Under the pieces are notes generated by a model. It ran no database searches. It was not told where the DNA came from and was given only the letters and a program-made list of their open reading frames with translations. Source: Fidelibacterota bacterium (lineage in GTDB: Bacteria; Fidelibacterota; Fidelibacteria; Fidelibacterales; Fidelibacteraceae). From it: a stretch of 10,185 nucleotides of DNA. Each line of letters opens with the position of its first letter. Position 1 is the stretch's first letter. The stretch spans positions 2,051 through 12,235 of the forward strand of contig JAYEOX010000112.1 of NCBI GenBank assembly GCA_034723415.1. Reading direction: 5' to 3'. A program made the position numbers and the translations under genes. Below are positions 6,683-10,185 of this stretch, in pieces.

Positions 6683-7668
6683 TGCTAAAAATATTGAAAG
6701 ATTTGAGGGAAAGAGCAATAGATGAAACAAATGTTCATTTACTTTTACCTGAAGCAAAAGATGAACGGATAATTAAAGCAGCTGCGGAAATTAGCAAATT
6801 GAACATTGCAAAAGTAACACTTTTAGGCAATGAAGATGAAATTAAAAATGCAAAGAATACTAAAGGAATTTCATTAGATAAAGTAAATTTTATCATACCG
6901 GAAAAGTCAAATGACTTCAATGATTATGTTAATACTTATATGGAATTGAGAAAGAAAAAGGGGATACAGAAAGAAGAAGCGGTTGAGACAATAAAAGATC
7001 CAACATTTTTTGCCGCAATGATGTTGAAAAATAATTTAGCTGATATTTGTATTAGCGGAGCAATGAATCCAACTTCTCATGTTTTGAAAGCCGGATTACG
7101 AATAGTGAAAATGGAAGAAGGTATATCAACAATGTCAAGTGATATTTTTATGTTTTCACCTGATGAATCAAGAATATTTTCATTTGCCGATTGTGCAGTA
7201 GTCCCTGATCCAACAAGTGAAAACTTAGCAGAGATGGCTTATATTACAGCAAAAACACACAAATCAGTTTTTAATGTTGAACCGGTTGTTGCTATGTTAA
7301 GTTTTTCAACAAAGGGGAGCGGAAAACATCCACTTGTTGAAAAGGTGGAAAAGGCAGTTGAAATTGCAAAAGAAAAATATCCTGATTTGAATGTTGATGG
7401 TGAATTACAAGCTGATGCTGCGATCGTTGATGCAATTGGTAAAAAGAAAGCTCCCGGAAGTAAAGTTGCAGGGAAAGCAAATGTTTTAATATTTCCGGAT
7501 CTAAACTCGGCAAATATTGGATATAAATTAGTTCAACGATTAGGTGGATATGAAGCAGTCGGACCAATATTACAGGGATTGAATAAACCGATGCACGATC
7601 TTTCAAGAGGTTGCAGTGTAGATGATATCATTAATTTAACAGTTATTGCTGCTTTACAATCACAATAA
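6682..7668 (+). CDS. pta: Phosphate acetyltransferase (short class I Pta)
   Basis: LPEAKDERIIKAA, FADCAVVPDP, MLSFSTKGS, DGELQADAAI, FPDLNSANIGYKLVQRL and DLSRGCS. TAATG stop/start overlap with coaD; AGGAG RBS at 6669-6673. Confidence 0.96.
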   Translation: MLKILKDLRERAIDETNVHLLLPEAKDERIIKAAAEISKLNIAKVTLLGNEDEIKNAKNTKGISLDKVNFIIPEKSNDFNDYVNTYMELRKKKGIQKEEAVETIKDPTFFAAMMLKNNLADICISGAMNPTSHVLKAGLRIVKMEEGISTMSSDIFMFSPDESRIFSFADCAVVPDPTSENLAEMAYITAKTHKSVFNVEPVVAMLSFSTKGSGKHPLVEKVEKAVEIAKEKYPDLNVDGELQADAAIVDAIGKKKAPGSKVAGKANVLIFPDLNSANIGYKLVQRLGGYEAVGPILQGLNKPMHDLSRGCSVDDIINLTVIAALQSQ

Positions 7669-7697
7669 TTTAAAATAAAAAACAAAAATGAGGAAAA

Positions 7698-8000
7698 ATG
7701 CCAAATTATACATATAAATGTACGGTATGTAATTACCAATTTAATAAGATACAAAGTTTTAACAGTGAGCCATTAAAAAAATGTCCAAAATGTAATGGGA
7801 AGTTAAAAAAAATAATTTCCGGTGGTGCAGGCGTTATTTTTAAAGGATCGGGATTTTATGTGAATGATTATAAGAAAAGATCGGCTCCCAAAAGTGAAAA
7901 TGCTAAAAATAATGTAAAAAAATCTGATAAGAATTCAAAAATAAAGGAATCTAATGCAAAGGATAATTCGGTTAAGAATTCTAAAAGAGAGAGTAAGTAA
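7698..8000 (+). CDS. FmdB-family zinc-ribbon protein with a Lys/Ser-rich tail
   Basis: MPNYTYKCTVC...CPKCNGKLKKIIS...FKGSGFYVNDY family signature. Confidence 0.92.
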   Translation: MPNYTYKCTVCNYQFNKIQSFNSEPLKKCPKCNGKLKKIISGGAGVIFKGSGFYVNDYKKRSAPKSENAKNNVKKSDKNSKIKESNAKDNSVKNSKRESK

Positions 8001-8977
8001 TGAGATTTATTGATTTTGCAAAAGTTACTGTACGCTCGGGAAAAGGTGGTGATGGTATTGTCGCATTTCGACGAGAAAAATATGTAGCCAAAGGCGGTCC
8101 GAATGGTGGTGATGGTGGAAAAGGCGGCGATGTAATTATTAAGGGTGATGTACAGCTATCGACTTTGCAAGATATACGTTATCACAGTGTCTATAAAGCT
8201 GAAAATGGTAAACCAGGACAGGGTTCGAATAAATCAGGAAAAAATGGGAAAGATACCATAATAAGAGTTCCACTTGGTACCATAATTAGTAATTCTGATT
8301 CTAATGATATTATTACAGATATTACAGAAGATAAGGAAGAAATTACTATCGTAAAAGGTGGAAATGGTGGATGGGGAAATCAACATTTTGCTACTTCCAC
8401 TAATCAAGCACCCAGATATGCAAACGATGGGAAAAAGGGTGAAGCAAAAAATCTCAATTTTGAATTAAAAGTATTGGCAGATGTTGGATTAGTAGGTTTT
8501 CCAAATGCAGGTAAAAGCACTTTATTATCTGTATTATCTACTGCCAAACCAAAGATCGCAATGTATCCCTTTACGACTCTTATTCCAAATCTCGGAATTG
8601 TGAAATATGGTGAATATAATTCATTTGTAATGGCTGATATTCCGGGACTTATTAAAGGAGCAAGTCATGGTAAAGGGCTCGGAGATCAATTTTTGAGACA
8701 TGTTGAGAGAACTAAAATATTAATATTTTTAATTGATATTAATGAAGAAAATATTTTTGAAAGATATAAAATATTGGATAATGAATTAAATCAATTTAGC
8801 TCTGAAATGAAACATAAACCGAGAATATTATGTATTTCTAAAATTGATACTGTCGATGAAATAGATAAATTAAAATTAAAGAATAAAATAAAATTGTCAG
8901 AAGATATTATTTATATTTCTTCAGTTGCGAGGAGAAATTTAGATAAATTAGTAAATAAAACAGTAAAATATTTGTAA
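8000..8977 (+). CDS. obgE: GTPase ObgE/CgtA (short form with no C-terminal extension)
   Basis: Gly-rich Obg fold (GKGGDGIVAFRREKYVAKGGPNGGDGGKGG), G1 GFPNAGKST, YPFTT, G3 DIPG and G4 SKID. TAATG overlap with the upstream gene. Confidence 0.98.
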   Translation: MRFIDFAKVTVRSGKGGDGIVAFRREKYVAKGGPNGGDGGKGGDVIIKGDVQLSTLQDIRYHSVYKAENGKPGQGSNKSGKNGKDTIIRVPLGTIISNSDSNDIITDITEDKEEITIVKGGNGGWGNQHFATSTNQAPRYANDGKKGEAKNLNFELKVLADVGLVGFPNAGKSTLLSVLSTAKPKIAMYPFTTLIPNLGIVKYGEYNSFVMADIPGLIKGASHGKGLGDQFLRHVERTKILIFLIDINEENIFERYKILDNELNQFSSEMKHKPRILCISKIDTVDEIDKLKLKNKIKLSEDIIYISSVARRNLDKLVNKTVKYL

Positions 8978-8982
8978 AATAA

Positions 8983-10086
8983 TTGTATTCATTAAAAGAA
9001 ATATTATCACTTTTATGTGTTGATGGAATTGGCCCAAAGACATATTTTCAATTGATACAAAAATTCGGAAGTCCACAAAAAGTATTAGAAGCATCTTCAA
9101 ATGAATTAAAAGAAGTTTCCCGTATAAATAACGATATTATTAAGCAAATAAATAGCAGATCTTATGAAAAATGCGTGTCAATCCAGTTAGATTGGATCAA
9201 ATATTCAAAGGCGAAAATTGTAAGTTACTGGGATGATAATTATCCTGAAATATTGAAATTTATTTACGATCCGCCTATTCTTTTGTTTTATTATGGTGAA
9301 TTAAGTAAAGATGATGATTTCTCATTAGCTGTAGTGGGAACCAGACATCCAGACGAATATGGCAAAAGAGCAACAAGAGAAATTGCCGAAAGTATTGCAG
9401 ATAATAAGATCACTATCGTCAGTGGAATGGCAAGGGGAATTGATTCAATTGCGCATTATTCTGCATTGAGTAAAAACTCACGAACTATCGCTGTTTTAGG
9501 AACTTCATTAGATACGATATATCCTGCAGAAAACAGGTCGCTAATGAAAAAGATCATAAAAAATGGCGTTGTAATGTCAGAATTCTTAATTGGTAAAAAA
9601 ATGGTGCCGGGAAATTTTGTAATGCGAAATAGAATTATCAGTGGTTTAAGTCGCGGGGTAGTTGTAACACAAGCTTCGAATAAAAGTGGTGCTTTGATAA
9701 CTGCTTACAATGCAAATACTCAGAATAGAGAGGTCTTTGCAATACCGGGAAATATTCTTAACAACAGATATGGCGGATGTCATCGATTAATAAAAAGCGG
9801 TGCTAAATTAGTTGAATCTTTTGAAGATATCATTAACGAATTTCCACAATTACAGAATAAGTTAAAAAAACAGATGAATTGGATAGAAGATAATGCTAAT
9901 AATATAAAATTGACAGATGTTGAAAAAAAGGTGATCAATACATTGACGAAAGATGCGATGCATGTTGATGAACTTGTATTTAAATCCGAATGCAGCCACT
10001 TACAAATAATGAGCTCCTTATTAAATCTGGAATTGAAAGGTTATGTAAAACAGTTGCCGGGGAAACATTATATTAGGACGATATGA
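8983..10086 (+). CDS. dprA: DNA-processing protein DprA (Smf)
   Basis: N-terminal GIGPK hairpin, YPEILKFIYDPPILL, AVVGTR, VSGMARGIDSIAH, FVMRNRIISGLS, SGALITA, REVFAIPG and a C-terminal winged helix (LLNLELKGYVKQLPG). TTG start. Confidence 0.97.
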   Translation: MYSLKEILSLLCVDGIGPKTYFQLIQKFGSPQKVLEASSNELKEVSRINNDIIKQINSRSYEKCVSIQLDWIKYSKAKIVSYWDDNYPEILKFIYDPPILLFYYGELSKDDDFSLAVVGTRHPDEYGKRATREIAESIADNKITIVSGMARGIDSIAHYSALSKNSRTIAVLGTSLDTIYPAENRSLMKKIIKNGVVMSEFLIGKKMVPGNFVMRNRIISGLSRGVVVTQASNKSGALITAYNANTQNREVFAIPGNILNNRYGGCHRLIKSGAKLVESFEDIINEFPQLQNKLKKQMNWIEDNANNIKLTDVEKKVINTLTKDAMHVDELVFKSECSHLQIMSSLLNLELKGYVKQLPGKHYIRTI

Positions 10087-10185
10087 AAATGAGTTTGGAA
10101 AAAGAAAATCTTTACCGCAAAGGCGGAGAGTCGCAGAGGGAGAAAATCTTTACCGCAAAGGCGGAGAGTCGCAGAGGGAGAAAAT
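10083..10185 (+). CDS. Possible 5' fragment of a downstream ORF running off the window
   Basis: ATG 10083 overlaps the dprA stop (ATGA). The frame stays open to the end (MKMSLEKENLYRKGGESQREKIFTAKAESRRGRK), but most of it is tandem repeat and it could be open by chance. Confidence 0.25.
   Translation, partial: MKMSLEKENLYRKGGESQREKIFTAKAESRRGRK
10103..10185. repeat. Perfect 38-bp tandem repeat (2 full units plus 7 nt, truncated by the window end)
   Basis: agaaaatctttaccgcaaaggcggagagtcgcagaggg at 10103-10140 and 10141-10178; a third unit starts at 10179. Each unit has a ccgc-aaag-gcgg hairpin. Confidence 0.95.

Noticed and set aside
273..7754. Minus-strand ORFs in the track (e.g. 273-632, 887-1108, 3043-3297, 4801-5220, 7292-7606) and the + strand 4446-4817 ORF
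   Set aside because: All overlap well-supported genes and have no recognisable motifs. Their F/L/I/S bias mirrors A-rich sense codons, and 4446-4817 is the repeat read in another frame.
8000..8977. ObgE truncation or pseudogene (325 aa)
   Set aside because: The Obg fold and G motifs are intact, and the C-terminal domain is known to be variable or absent in many lineages.
370..10086. Alternative genetic code (TGA reassignment), considered because of the low GC
   Set aside because: Conserved genes are full length under code 11 with no internal TGA, and dprA ends at TGA at the expected position.
10103..10185. CRISPR repeat or intrinsic terminator
   Set aside because: The 38-bp units abut with no spacers, and on the + strand the hairpin is followed by purines rather than a U-tract.

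Overview
AT-rich bacterial DNA (standard genetic code) carrying 12 tightly packed + strand genes that look like one ~9.7 kb operon: grpE, dnaJ, comEA, three poorly conserved genes, rsmD, coaD, pta, an FmdB-type zinc ribbon gene, obgE and dprA. By eye, the three unannotated genes are a membrane-anchored pilin-like protein lacking a prepilin cleavage site, a divergent PilM/DUF3822-like actin-fold protein, and an apparent single-chain PilN-PilO fusion with a 5 x 17-aa repeat spacer. With comEA and dprA, they suggest an atypical, compact type IV filament/DNA-uptake module embedded in a housekeeping operon. Both window ends are repetitive. The left end has 7/8-mer microsatellites and a duplicated ~55-bp unit, one copy of which carries a precise 27-nt GCGAAGC-hairpin insertion. 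The right end has a perfect 38-bp tandem repeat with a hairpin. Gene order hints at an FCB-group organism (inference only). All family assignments come from manual motif recognition; no searches were run.
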